Below are positions 8,881-17,645 of a stretch of DNA of 64,000 nucleotides, piece by piece (the first letter of the stretch is position 1; each line of letters starts with the position of its first letter). The stretch comes from a candidate division WWE3 bacterium. Its GTDB lineage: Bacteria > Patescibacteriota > WWE3 > JAUXAW01. The DNA is taken from the NCBI GenBank assembly GCA_030619715.1, contig JAUXAW010000001.1:3195-67194 (forward strand), given 5' to 3'. Both the position numbers and the translations under genes were made by a program. The notes below the pieces were generated by a model. It ran no database searches and had not been told where the DNA came from. It saw only the letters and a program-made list of their open reading frames with translations.

Positions 8881-8923
8881 TAGGGAGCTCCAATTTTAAT
8901 TTTACATCAAAGTAGGCTTAGGG

Positions 8924-9658
8924 TCAATACCTAACAACAGGTTGTTCGTACCGTAAATCGACTTGCTTAAGACTCTTGCCTTCAATTTTATACTTTTGCA
9001 AGACCGTTTGTAAAGACCGAATTTGGCCTGCAAGATCTTTTTCGCGGGAAAAGAATATCGTCAATTCCTCGTCACCTTTGACTTCGATTCCTGTCTGGCC
9101 GGCAAATTTGACCGAAGAAACCCAGGGCTCTTCAAGAAGAATCAATAAGACAATATTCGCGTCGATCGTCTGTCCCAGTGCCAATTCCGAACCCAACTCC
9201 AGAACAACTGTTTTCAGGCCTTGCCACTCCGGCTGGACTTCGGAGTAGATAACGCCTTCTTTGTCAACAAGAAATTCCAAGCCCCCAGGACGGGAAATCT
9301 TAGCAATCGGCTTTCTTTCGCTAATCTGAACGACGACCGTCTGCGAATACTTCTTTTTAAAAACCACATCTCCCACCGGCAGAAACTTTTTTCTTATTTC
9401 ACCGGCGATCGCCTGTTCTTTAAGAAGAAATATCCTCTGCCCAATCGCTGACCTCTTGGCCTGCTCACACCATCTTTTTTCGTCGGCGACCGAAGTTTTG
9501 TCTTTAACCTGACAGTTGACCTTCTTAATGATGAAAAAATCGGACTTGAAGACAAGATAGAACCCACCAACCAGGAGTCCAACTCCAAGGAGAACAAGAA
9601 ACAATCTTTTAAACCACCGCCGCGCTACTCGAACTTTGGGTTTCCACAATTTAACCAT
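8924..9658 (-). CDS. ftsQ: FtsQ/DivIB-like cell division protein. The start at 9658 (MVKLWKPK...) is preferred over the track start at 9751.
   Basis: Single TM segment followed by a POTRA-like region. Position between murG and ftsA. Confidence 0.7.
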   Translation of the reverse strand: MVKLWKPKVRVARRWFKRLFLVLLGVGLLVGGFYLVFKSDFFIIKKVNCQVKDKTSVADEKRWCEQAKRSAIGQRIFLLKEQAIAGEIRKKFLPVGDVVFKKKYSQTVVVQISERKPIAKISRPGGLEFLVDKEGVIYSEVQPEWQGLKTVVLELGSELALGQTIDANIVLLILLEEPWVSSVKFAGQTGIEVKGDEELTIFFSREKDLAGQIRSLQTVLQKYKIEGKSLKQVDLRYEQPVVRY

Positions 9659-9671
9659 CAAAACTATTCTA

Positions 9672-9717
9672 CAGTAAAGACAGTAATTCAGTAAAGACAG
9701 TAACCCAATAAGAACCT
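9672..9717. repeat. Tandem CAGTAAAGACAGTAA x2 plus AAGAACCT element upstream of ftsQ.
   Basis: cagtaaagacagtaattcagtaaagacagtaacccaataagaacct. A related element lies at 6029-6058. Confidence 0.6.
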
Positions 9718-9893
9718 TTCGCTTCGCCAAGTCTGACTTGGCTTCGCTCAAGAACCTTGCATTTGAGCATAGTCTAACGACTATTAGCTCAAAAGTAGGC
9801 CTTCGGCTTATTTAACTCCGGTACTTGACTTCTGTCCTGTATTATGTTAAAATTAAGAAGTAAAATGTGGTCGCAGAGCTTAATCTGCCAAAT

Positions 9894-9922
9894 TTGACAA
9901 ACGGAACAAAAACTGTTATAAT
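9894..9922 (+). promoter_or_regulatory. Perfect consensus sigma70 promoter TTGACA-17-TATAAT.
   Basis: TTGACA at 9894-9899, exactly 17 nt spacer, TATAAT at 9917-9922, then TTAAGG. This is the same cassette as at 26836 and 26904. Confidence 0.6.
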
Positions 9923-9928
9923 TAAGGT

Positions 9929-10021
9929 ATAAGCTCAAAAAGAAGCTTAAAAAAAGGCAATCAGCACTTGGTCTCGATATTCTTGTTATATCAAGGTCAA
10001 CCGCGGGTTGCCTTTATTTTT
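9929..10021 (+). ncRNA. Candidate short transcript or attenuator: promoter-proximal hairpins ending in an intrinsic terminator.
   Basis: Predicted TSS ~9929. Hairpin CAACC-gcg-GGTTG (9998-10010) followed by CCTTTATTTTT. An upstream imperfect hairpin sits around 9966-9994. Confidence 0.25.
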
Positions 10022-10057
10022 AGGCAATAAAACCAAATTCAAAGCGAGGAGGCAAAA

Positions 10058-10153
10058 ATGGCAAAGTACAAAACACCGCCGAGGTCCAAAAAGCGGCCGA
10101 CGGAGAACAGGGCGCTCGGTAGCATTCGCCGTCGGCAGCAACGACGCTCCTGA
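10058..10153 (+). CDS. Candidate 31-aa highly basic peptide (MAKYKTPPRSKKRPTENRALGSIRRRQQRRS).
   Basis: GAGGAGG RBS 5 nt upstream of the ATG. A second RBS+ATG mini-ORF (10 aa) starts at 10197. Could be leader peptides. Confidence 0.25.
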   Translation: MAKYKTPPRSKKRPTENRALGSIRRRQQRRS

Positions 10154-10691
10154 CCCAACACTTGGCCAGGAGCCAACAAAAACTAAAGGAGGTCACAATG
10201 CACAAAATGTCCGAGTTTCACCAACCTTAGCCGAAAGGCGAGGAACCCTCCTGAAACAAAAAACATCCCTGAATAGGGGAGCGGGTTGCAAGTAGGGAGG
10301 GAAAATAAAGGGCCTGGGCAGCCCTTCGGAGGGAAAGTTCGTCGGACAACGATGTCCAACAACTTTCCCTCCAATCCACCTGCTCTCAACCAACCGTTGA
10401 GGTCGGATGGATTCAACAACAATTTAACAACGAGGTGACACACTTGTGTGTTACCGCAGTTGACAAAAGACCTGTGGGTTGTAAGACGCGGAAAGTTCGG
10501 AAAAACATCGATTTCCGAATTTCCCTTGTCTTATTCACCCTTCATAAAGTTCAAAAAAAGAAAGGGGGCAAAATAAGACCAAAATGTACCACCTGACTCC
10601 GGACACCTGAACCCGCAAGGGCAGGCAACAGGAGGAGTCAGGGCCCACGCCCCCGTCCTTCGGGACACGGGCACGGGCAAGAAGGAGAGAA
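10154..10691 (+). promoter_or_regulatory. Long GC-rich structured 5' leader upstream of the cold-shock-domain gene.
   Basis: Nested hairpin GGGAAAGTT...AACTTTCCC at 10337-10375. Hairpin CTGACTCC...GGAGTCAG around 10594-10644. Hairpin GGTGACACAC-tt-GTGTGTTACC around 10433-10456. CspA-type genes typically carry long regulatory leaders. Confidence 0.3.
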
Positions 10692-11300
10692 ATGGCTAGT
10701 AGAATTAAGTTTTTCAACGGTACTCGCGGCTTCGGCTTCATCAAGCGCGAGGGGGAGCGAGACATCTTCTTCCACATCTCCGATGTGGTGAGCGGTTACA
10801 AACCGCAAGAAGGTGACTCGGTCGAGTTCGAGGTTGGTCAGGGCAAGAAGGGGCCCGCCGCCAGGAACATCCGCCCCGCCTCAGCCAATTCCGGTGAGGC
10901 GACCATGAAGGTCGTGATGGAGGGCGACGCGGTAACGAGCTCTGGCTCGTGCACCATCATCTGCGGCCTCAAAGGGGAACCGCTGCCAGCACTCAGTGCC
11001 CCCATGCGGGGAACTGGTAAGGGTAGCTACGCCACCCTGCGAGTAGGGAAGCACATCCAGGTGAAGGGTTCCTGGTACAGAGGCGAACCCGCCCAGATTA
11101 CCGTGGAAGAGGTTACTCCTGTCAAGGACGGAGAGCCGATTCGCGAGCTACTCTGGAAGGGAATTGCCGAGGAACTACCGGAGGTCTATGCCTATCTGGA
11201 GAAGGCAGTGCGCGCTGCGGATGAAAAAGCCCAGTGCTACCACTGCCACCACCTGCACTTTCCGGTGGCAAACGCTGGGCAGCTCGGCGCCAGAGTGTAG
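10692..11300 (+). CDS. Cold-shock-domain protein with a ~135 aa C-terminal extension (Cys/His-rich tail).
   Basis: N-terminus KFFNGTRGFGFIKREGERDIFFHISDV...GDSVEFEV is a CspA-like CSD. C-terminus carries QCYHCHHLH. GC about 60%. Confidence 0.75.
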   Translation: MASRIKFFNGTRGFGFIKREGERDIFFHISDVVSGYKPQEGDSVEFEVGQGKKGPAARNIRPASANSGEATMKVVMEGDAVTSSGSCTIICGLKGEPLPALSAPMRGTGKGSYATLRVGKHIQVKGSWYRGEPAQITVEEVTPVKDGEPIRELLWKGIAEELPEVYAYLEKAVRAADEKAQCYHCHHLHFPVANAGQLGARV

Positions 11301-11312
11301 AACACGGGATCA

Positions 11313-11342
11313 GAGGCGCCAGTATCCGCCTCTCTTTGCAGG
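11313..11342 (+). terminator. Candidate terminator hairpin after the csd gene.
   Basis: GAGGCG-ccagtatc-CGCCTC followed by TCTTTG. Weak T-run. Confidence 0.3.
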
Positions 11343-11630
11343 CAAAAGTTCGTCAGCAGTTTACGAACTCCCCGACCTGCGAAGTATTACAAGGGGATGA
11401 AAAGCACCAAGCACGTCTGGTCTATCAGATGCCCGATGAATAGGGTTGGTAGAAGACGTGCTACAGAGGGAGTCTGAAAGGACTTTGCTTTCAGACCGAT
11501 GCGCGCCCATGTTGCGTGTCCAACACTGATACCAGAACTAGTATCAGACCGTTGCTCCTCTCTCCAAGCTCATTAGTCTAAAAGGGTTAGTGAGTTTAGG
11601 GAGGGGAAATAGAAAAATAACTCAGTCATA

Positions 11631-12746
11631 TCAATTCAGTAACTTAACGACTTCGTCTGCGATGTTGTCTGCCGCATCCAACCGCACTAACTTCTGCGCC
11701 TTCTTTCCCCCTTCCCGATATTTTTCCAAATTGGACAAAAGTATATCACTATGTAGTAGTATACTTTTGGCAGATAAATCTTTTTCCTCAAGAATAATCG
11801 CCGAACCGGTGTCGACGAGAAGCTGGGCGTTTTTGCGCTGTTCGTCGTGGGAAACCCAGGGAATAGGAATCAAAATCGCCGGCTTTCCCAATGCGGCCAA
11901 TTCGTAAACAATATTCGCTCCCGCCCGGCTGACAACCAAATCGGCGGCGGCAAAAACAGCACCGATTTCCTCCTCACCAAAAAAATCTTGCAACAAGTAA
12001 CACGATCGTAGCTCCGCGCTAAGAGCTGAGCGCTGAGCGCTAAGCGCTTCGTAATCATCGAAGACCGTTGACCTCCCACACTGATGAATAACGTTATATT
12101 TCTCCAACAACTGCGGCAACGCTCCTTTCACCGCTTCGTTAATCACATGCGAACCTTGTTTTCCTCCAGTAATGTAAATTGTTGATAGTTGATTGTTGAT
12201 TGCTAATTGTTTTTTTACTTCGAAAATTGCAGGCCTGAGAGGATTACCGGTTACGGCAATTTTATCCCTCGGGAAATACTTTAAGGACTCTTCCCAACTG
12301 ACAAAGATTTTCTTTGCGAACTTAGAAACAAGCCGGTTCGCCCATCCCCCTTCAACCGTCTGCTCGTGCGTCACCGAGGGAATTCCCAAAAACCAGCCGG
12401 CTATCACCACCGGAGGAGCAAGATAGCCTCCGAAGCTGACAATCAAATGGGGTCGGATTTTCAAAAGATAACAAAAGGCCTGCAGAAAGCCGAACGGCAA
12501 GCGAATCAATTTTAGTGGGTGAAAAGTCCTGTAAAGCTTACCGGCCTTAAGGTCATAAAAAGGAATCCCCCGCCCGGTCACCTCCTGATATTCGGCGCTG
12601 ACATTCTTATCTCCCCACATGGAGAACTTGTGACCGATCCAACAAAAATTGGAAATTGGAAATTGGAAATTGGAAATTAGAGAATCGATGACAGCCAAGG
12701 CGGGCGTATGGTGACCACCAATAAAAACAATCCTAACGTCTTTCAT
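11631..12746 (-). CDS. murG: UDP-GlcNAc:undecaprenyl-PP-MurNAc-pentapeptide GlcNAc transferase MurG.
   Basis: N-terminal IVFIGGHHTPALAV. GGKQGSHVINEAV. The GT28 C-terminal domain is present. Confidence 0.9.
   Translation of the reverse strand: MKDVRIVFIGGHHTPALAVIDSLISNFQFPISNFCWIGHKFSMWGDKNVSAEYQEVTGRGIPFYDLKAGKLYRTFHPLKLIRLPFGFLQAFCYLLKIRPHLIVSFGGYLAPPVVIAGWFLGIPSVTHEQTVEGGWANRLVSKFAKKIFVSWEESLKYFPRDKIAVTGNPLRPAIFEVKKQLAINNQLSTIYITGGKQGSHVINEAVKGALPQLLEKYNVIHQCGRSTVFDDYEALSAQRSALSAELRSCYLLQDFFGEEEIGAVFAAADLVVSRAGANIVYELAALGKPAILIPIPWVSHDEQRKNAQLLVDTGSAIILEEKDLSAKSILLHSDILLSNLEKYREGGKKAQKLVRLDAADNIADEVVKLLN
12651..12678. repeat. Heptanucleotide tandem repeat (GGAAATT)x4 inside murG, in frame.
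   Basis: ggaaattggaaattggaaattggaaatt. It encodes ISNFQFPISNF in an N-terminal MurG loop. Confidence 0.9.
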
Positions 12747-13870
12747 TTTGAACTCCTGACCGTATAACGGCTAACCGAAAGAAGCAGCCCCATGGCCATC
12801 ATCATAAAAATCATCGACGAGCCGCCGTAAGAAATTAAAGGCAGGGGAATTCCCGTCAGCGGCAGCAAAGCCGTCATCGCCGCCAGATTGACTAGAACTT
12901 GAATTGCCAACCACGAAGCAACACCAGTCGCAACCAATTTTCCCAAATCATCAGGTGCCTCCCGTGCCACGGCAAAACTTTTAAAAATCAAAAAAGCAAA
13001 CGCCGCCACCACCGCCACCGTCCCCACAAAACCCAACTCCTCCCCGACGACGGCAAAAATTGAATCGGTTGTCACCTCCGGAAGATACTCGTACTTCTGG
13101 CGAGACTGACCAAATCCCAAACCAAAGGCCCCACCAGAACCAATCGCCATCAAAATTTGCTGGATATGATACCCACCGGAAAGAGGATCGGCCGCCGCGG
13201 GATCAAGATAAGTTTGCAGGCGCTGCATTCGATAAGGCGAGTTAATAATAAACAAAATCCCCAAAATTCCCAAACCTAATCCGAGAGGCAACAGCTTGAG
13301 GATGCTAACACCGGAGACAAAATAAATACAGAGTCCAATTGCGGCAATAACCATTGCTGTCCCGTAGTCGGGCTGGAGGACAACCAGACCACAAAGAACT
13401 GCCAAGAGAAAAAGAAACGACGAAAACCTCTGCTTTTTCTTGGCAAACCAAGCCGAAAGATAAAGAATAAAACTAAACTTGGCCAATTCCGACGGCTGGA
13501 AGCCCATCCCCCCCGGAAGGTAAATCCATCTTCGAGCACCATAAACTTTGGGAATAAACGCCTCAAAAACTGCTGGTAAAAATCGGGCTATCACCGTCAG
13601 GAGCAAGAAAAAAAGACTTAAGGCAAAAATAGTAAAGCTAAGCTTTGAAAGACGCTGGTAGCCTAGCTTGTAGACGAAAAACGCCGCAAGCGTCCCCAAA
13701 AGAACCCAGAGCGATTGGAGGATTAAAAAATGGTATTTTCCTCCAAAAACCTCGTGGGCATAAACGACCGAGGCATCGTAGACCATAATGACACCGAAGA
13801 TGAGGAGCAAGATGACTCCGATCAAGAGTGAGATATCTGGGGAGTGGGAAGTCTGTTTGAGACGAGGCAT
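12743..13870 (-). CDS. ftsW: SEDS-family peptidoglycan polymerase FtsW/RodA.
   Basis: 10-TM SEDS protein. Position in the dcw cluster. Confidence 0.85.
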   Translation of the reverse strand: MPRLKQTSHSPDISLLIGVILLLIFGVIMVYDASVVYAHEVFGGKYHFLILQSLWVLLGTLAAFFVYKLGYQRLSKLSFTIFALSLFFLLLTVIARFLPAVFEAFIPKVYGARRWIYLPGGMGFQPSELAKFSFILYLSAWFAKKKQRFSSFLFLLAVLCGLVVLQPDYGTAMVIAAIGLCIYFVSGVSILKLLPLGLGLGILGILFIINSPYRMQRLQTYLDPAAADPLSGGYHIQQILMAIGSGGAFGLGFGQSRQKYEYLPEVTTDSIFAVVGEELGFVGTVAVVAAFAFLIFKSFAVAREAPDDLGKLVATGVASWLAIQVLVNLAAMTALLPLTGIPLPLISYGGSSMIFMMMAMGLLLSVSRYTVRSSK

Positions 13871-13975
13871 AGAAAATTTCTAATTTCTAATATCTAATTT
13901 CTAAAATTTTCGACATTGGGAATTGGACATTTGACATTTTATTAGGAATTAGTAATTAGGAATTAGACATTATAG
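13871..13975. repeat. Repeat-rich AT-rich intergenic spacer (TTTCTAA and GGAATTRG units).
   Basis: atttctaatttctaatatctaatttctaa ... gggaattggacatttgacatt ... aggaattagtaattaggaattag. Confidence 0.7.
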
Positions 13976-15070
13976 CTACAACAGTGCCACCAAAACACCG
14001 GCAAATGCTAAGACTGCACCAGCTAACCAAAGACGCATTGTGACCTTGGTCTCCGGCCAGCTGAGCATCTCAAAATGATGGTGAAGTGGCGCCATCTTAA
14101 AGACCCGACCCCGACCCATTTTGACCGAGGCAACTTGGATAAGCACCGAAAGAACCTCGGCCACAAAAACGCCGCCAACTATTAAAAGACTTAACTCCCG
14201 TCGCAGCATCATTGCTATTACGGCGAGAGTCATCCCCAAGGACAGCGAGCCGACATCGGCCATTTCAAAACGAGCCGGATGAATATTGAAGTAAAGAAAC
14301 GACAGCAAAGTTCCCACAACAGTGGCGCAAAAATAGCCAATCTGATTGTAGCCTAAAGCTAAACTAATAACCATATAGGCGGTAAAAGCCATCGCCAAAA
14401 GACCGCCGGCGAGCCCGTCCATCCCATCGGTTAAATTGACGGCGTTGGCCATTCCCGCCAACATCAAAACAACGAGGGGAATATAAAAAATTCCGATGTC
14501 AAAAGTTCCCAAAAACGGCAGCCAAAGTTCGTGCCAATCCAGTTTGAAGTACATCCACCAGGCGGCGACCAAACCGATGGCTACCTGAATGAGAAACTTT
14601 TCCCAGGGCTTAAAACCGGAGGTTGGGTAGCTACCCAGAGCCCGAAAAATTTCCTTAAAAGCGTTCCAGGGCAGAAGTAAAATGTTATAGATGTTCCAGG
14701 TGAAGCCGGACAAGGTAACAATCGGTGTAACTCCCCCCCGCACCGTGTCCGAAAGTTTGGCGTGACCAAAAATGTTTAAAAGATCGTCGATGCCGCCAAA
14801 GATGCCTGCTATAGCCAAACAGAAAAGAGGTAGACAAGTTTGCGCTCGCGAGAGATTAAAGACAAGAGTGATGGCAATGGTGGTCAGTACCATCAACAGG
14901 CCGCCCATGATCGGGGTCCCCAACTTGACCCGCCGCGCCTCAATTTTCTCTTCAACCTCCTGCCTGATTCGTCGACGAACGTTACACTTGTACAAAAATT
15001 TGATCAACAGCGGCGCCCAGGCAAAACTCACTATTAACGATCCCAAAAGAAAAACCAACGCTTTAATCAT
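13976..15070 (-). CDS. mraY: Phospho-N-acetylmuramoyl-pentapeptide transferase MraY.
   Basis: NAVNLTDGMDGLAGG motif. Polytopic membrane protein. The track start at 15094 overlaps murF; the internal Met at 15070 is more likely. Confidence 0.9.
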   Translation of the reverse strand: MIKALVFLLGSLIVSFAWAPLLIKFLYKCNVRRRIRQEVEEKIEARRVKLGTPIMGGLLMVLTTIAITLVFNLSRAQTCLPLFCLAIAGIFGGIDDLLNIFGHAKLSDTVRGGVTPIVTLSGFTWNIYNILLLPWNAFKEIFRALGSYPTSGFKPWEKFLIQVAIGLVAAWWMYFKLDWHELWLPFLGTFDIGIFYIPLVVLMLAGMANAVNLTDGMDGLAGGLLAMAFTAYMVISLALGYNQIGYFCATVVGTLLSFLYFNIHPARFEMADVGSLSLGMTLAVIAMMLRRELSLLIVGGVFVAEVLSVLIQVASVKMGRGRVFKMAPLHHHFEMLSWPETKVTMRLWLAGAVLAFAGVLVALL

Positions 15071-16302
15071 TGTTTCCAACGCACGTCCTGACAAACAAGA
15101 AGTTCCGCGACACGTGATGGATCCTTCAAAAGCTTTTCGACGATTTTCTCCATCCTCATTCCCCGCGAGCCTTTGACTAGGATTATATCACCTTTCTTAG
15201 GCTTAATTAAATCCACAATCGATTTCGATGCTTCCTCGGAATTTTCAAAACGATGATACTGCGCAGTATTAGAGTGGAAAGATTCACCGACCGTGATTAG
15301 AACATCAGCGTCCGACTCGGTAACCATCTGCCCGACCAAACGGTGGCCATTTTCTTCAAAATCACCCAACTCGAGCATATCCCCGAGGACCGCGATTCTT
15401 CTCTTCGCCGAAAAATTTTTTAGAACTTTGAGGGCGGCGGCGGCCGATTTTGGTGAGGAATTATAGCTGTCGTCCAAAATTTTTGCGCCGTTGATACCAC
15501 CCAAGAGATTTAGACGACCTCTGAGAGGCTTAAGCTTTTTCAAACCACGATTAATCTCGACCGTAGACAAACCGCAAACCTTCCCCACGGCCGCCGCCGC
15601 TAGTGCATTATAAATTACATGCTCTCCCAAAAGGGGAATTTGGGCCTTAATTATCTCTGGCCGGACATCAGCCCTTGGGTTTTTCCCGTACCAGACAATC
15701 GGACTTTTACATTTTTTCTCCAACGAGCGTACATTTTCATCGTCCCAATTTAAAACCGCCGCCCCCGACGGTGGAAGTGCTTCCAGTAGTTCTCCCTTGG
15801 CTTTGATAATATTTTCCAAAGTACCGAGCTTCTCCATGTGCGTTGGATTGATAAAAGTAACAACGCCGATTCGTGGCTTAATGATCTTGCAGGTTTCTCT
15901 AATCTCTCCCAATCGGTCCATCCCCACCTCAACAACTAATTTCTGGTGAGATTTTTTGAGGTTGTTCACAATTTCAATTGAGAGTCCCAAAGCGGTATTC
16001 AGAGTCTCGGCGGATTTTAAAACCTTAAATTTCTGTGCTAAAACGGTGGTAATGGCTTCTTTGGTTGAAGTTTTCGCCGTCGAACCGGTAATGGCAATTA
16101 CTTCGGGGTTGACTTTCTTTAAACGCTTTTTAGCAGTTTCGTAAAGCTCCTCTTCTTCCAAAACTCCCTTCGCTCCCTTCTTCAACGCCTCGTCAATAAA
16201 CTTGTGCCCGTCGTACTTCTCCCCCTTGACGGCGACAAAATATTCCCCCTTTTTAATCAACCTCGAATCCTGACAAACTTTCATAACATCTAAAGATGTC
16301 AC
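15067..16302 (-). CDS. murF: UDP-MurNAc-tripeptide--D-Ala-D-Ala ligase MurF (Mur ligase).
   Basis: ITGSTAKTSTKE P-loop. N-terminus DSRLIKKGEYFVAVKGEKYDGHKF. Four bp overlap with murA. Confidence 0.8.
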   Translation of the reverse strand: MTSLDVMKVCQDSRLIKKGEYFVAVKGEKYDGHKFIDEALKKGAKGVLEEEELYETAKKRLKKVNPEVIAITGSTAKTSTKEAITTVLAQKFKVLKSAETLNTALGLSIEIVNNLKKSHQKLVVEVGMDRLGEIRETCKIIKPRIGVVTFINPTHMEKLGTLENIIKAKGELLEALPPSGAAVLNWDDENVRSLEKKCKSPIVWYGKNPRADVRPEIIKAQIPLLGEHVIYNALAAAAVGKVCGLSTVEINRGLKKLKPLRGRLNLLGGINGAKILDDSYNSSPKSAAAALKVLKNFSAKRRIAVLGDMLELGDFEENGHRLVGQMVTESDADVLITVGESFHSNTAQYHRFENSEEASKSIVDLIKPKKGDIILVKGSRGMRMEKIVEKLLKDPSRVAELLVCQDVRWKQ

Positions 16303-17645
16303 TCCAATTCTGCCCGCTCGATTTTGGCACCGAGGTTACGGAGCTTTTCGTCGAAATTTTCGTAGCCGCGGTCAATGTGTTCGACGCCAGAGGTTTCGCT
16401 TTGACCCTCGGCGGCGAGGGCGGCTAAAATCAAGGTGGCACCAGCACGAAGGTCTGGAATCGCCAACCGCGAACCGAAAAGAGATGTTGGTCCGTGAACC
16501 CTCGCGAGAACTTTAGGTTCTCTATCTCCCTCCAACCACTCAAAGCCGTATCTTCCGGGATCAAAAGCTATTCCTGCTTCGGAAGGAGTCAAGACCTCAA
16601 TCTTCGCTCCCGCCTTTAACAGCTCGTCGACGAAAGAAAAACGATTCTCAAAAATAGTTTCGTGAGCCAAGCTTACTCCATTGGCTTGGGCTAAAAGAAT
16701 GCAAAAGGGCTGAATCCAATCCGTCATAAACCCGGGGTGGGGGACAGATTCCACGTCAACCGGCTCCAGCGCCGTGCCCTCTTCTAACCAAACCCGAAGG
16801 GTCTGTTTCTGAATGTCAAAACCAACGCCCATTTTTTCCAGCTTGGCCAAAAAAGCGGTTAGGTCCAGGGGCCGAACGTCGGTCAGCGTTACATCTCCCC
16901 TGGTTGCCGCGGCGGCAACGGCAAAAGTAACCGCCTCATTGCGATCAGGCAAAATCCGGTGACGCGCCCCCGCAAGCTCCCGCACCCCCTCAACCACAAT
17001 CCTTCTTGATTCACTTTCATCCCTCTTAATCCTCGCTCCCATTTTGACCAAAAGCACAATCAAATCATCAACCTCCGGCTCCTCGGCGGCATTCGTGATC
17101 ACCGTTTCGCCCTCGGCTAAAACCGACGCCAAAATTGCATTCTCCGTTCCCATTACCGTGTTTTTATCAAAATTAATCTCTGCCCCCTTCAGTCGCGGCA
17201 CCGAAATTTTGTAAACCCCACCCTTATGAGAGACTACTGCTCCCAGTTTTTCCAAAACCATCAGATGACGGTCGATGGGGCGCAAACCGATGCGGCAACC
17301 GCCGGGCTCGGGAATCGTTACCTCACCAAAACGAGCCAAAAGAGGGCCAATAGTTATTACCGAGCTTCGTGATTTTACCCCCAAACTGTGGGGAACTTCC
17401 GAGGAGAAAACTTCGTCGGCCCGCAAACCAAGAGTGTGCTCATCGAGGAACTCCGTCTTAACTCCCAAATTCTCAACGATTTCAACAATCACTCCCACAT
17501 CATCAATCCGCGGAATATTTTCTAAAACTACTTCATCAGAGGTCAAAAGCGAAGCCGCCACCATCTTGATCGCAGCGTTCTTGGCACCTGATATTTGAAC
17601 TTGACCCTTGAGGGGAATACCACCCTCAATTAAAAATTTCTGCAT
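16299..17645 (-). CDS. murA: UDP-N-acetylglucosamine 1-carboxyvinyltransferase MurA.
   Basis: QISGAKNAAIKM. Catalytic Cys in the GGCRIGLRPIDRH loop. Confidence 0.9.
   Translation of the reverse strand: MQKFLIEGGIPLKGQVQISGAKNAAIKMVAASLLTSDEVVLENIPRIDDVGVIVEIVENLGVKTEFLDEHTLGLRADEVFSSEVPHSLGVKSRSSVITIGPLLARFGEVTIPEPGGCRIGLRPIDRHLMVLEKLGAVVSHKGGVYKISVPRLKGAEINFDKNTVMGTENAILASVLAEGETVITNAAEEPEVDDLIVLLVKMGARIKRDESESRRIVVEGVRELAGARHRILPDRNEAVTFAVAAAATRGDVTLTDVRPLDLTAFLAKLEKMGVGFDIQKQTLRVWLEEGTALEPVDVESVPHPGFMTDWIQPFCILLAQANGVSLAHETIFENRFSFVDELLKAGAKIEVLTPSEAGIAFDPGRYGFEWLEGDREPKVLARVHGPTSLFGSRLAIPDLRAGATLILAALAAEGQSETSGVEHIDRGYENFDEKLRNLGAKIERAELE

Noticed and set aside
10008-10295. 95-aa extremely basic plus-strand ORF in the cold-shock leader region.
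   Set aside because: Starts at a non-ATG codon and lacks an RBS. Runs through a region better explained by hairpin structure. The RBS-preceded 31-aa ORF in another frame is more plausible but still uncertain.
9760-11630. Search for tRNA, tmRNA, RNase P RNA or SRP RNA in the long GC-rich intergenic regions (also 26706-27560, 60431-60734).
   Set aside because: No T-loop consensus (GGTTCGAATCC-like). No tmRNA tag-reading frame or acceptor. No SRP GGAAGCAGC or RNase P AGGAAAGTCCGGGC motifs by eye. Structured RNA remains possible but unassigned.
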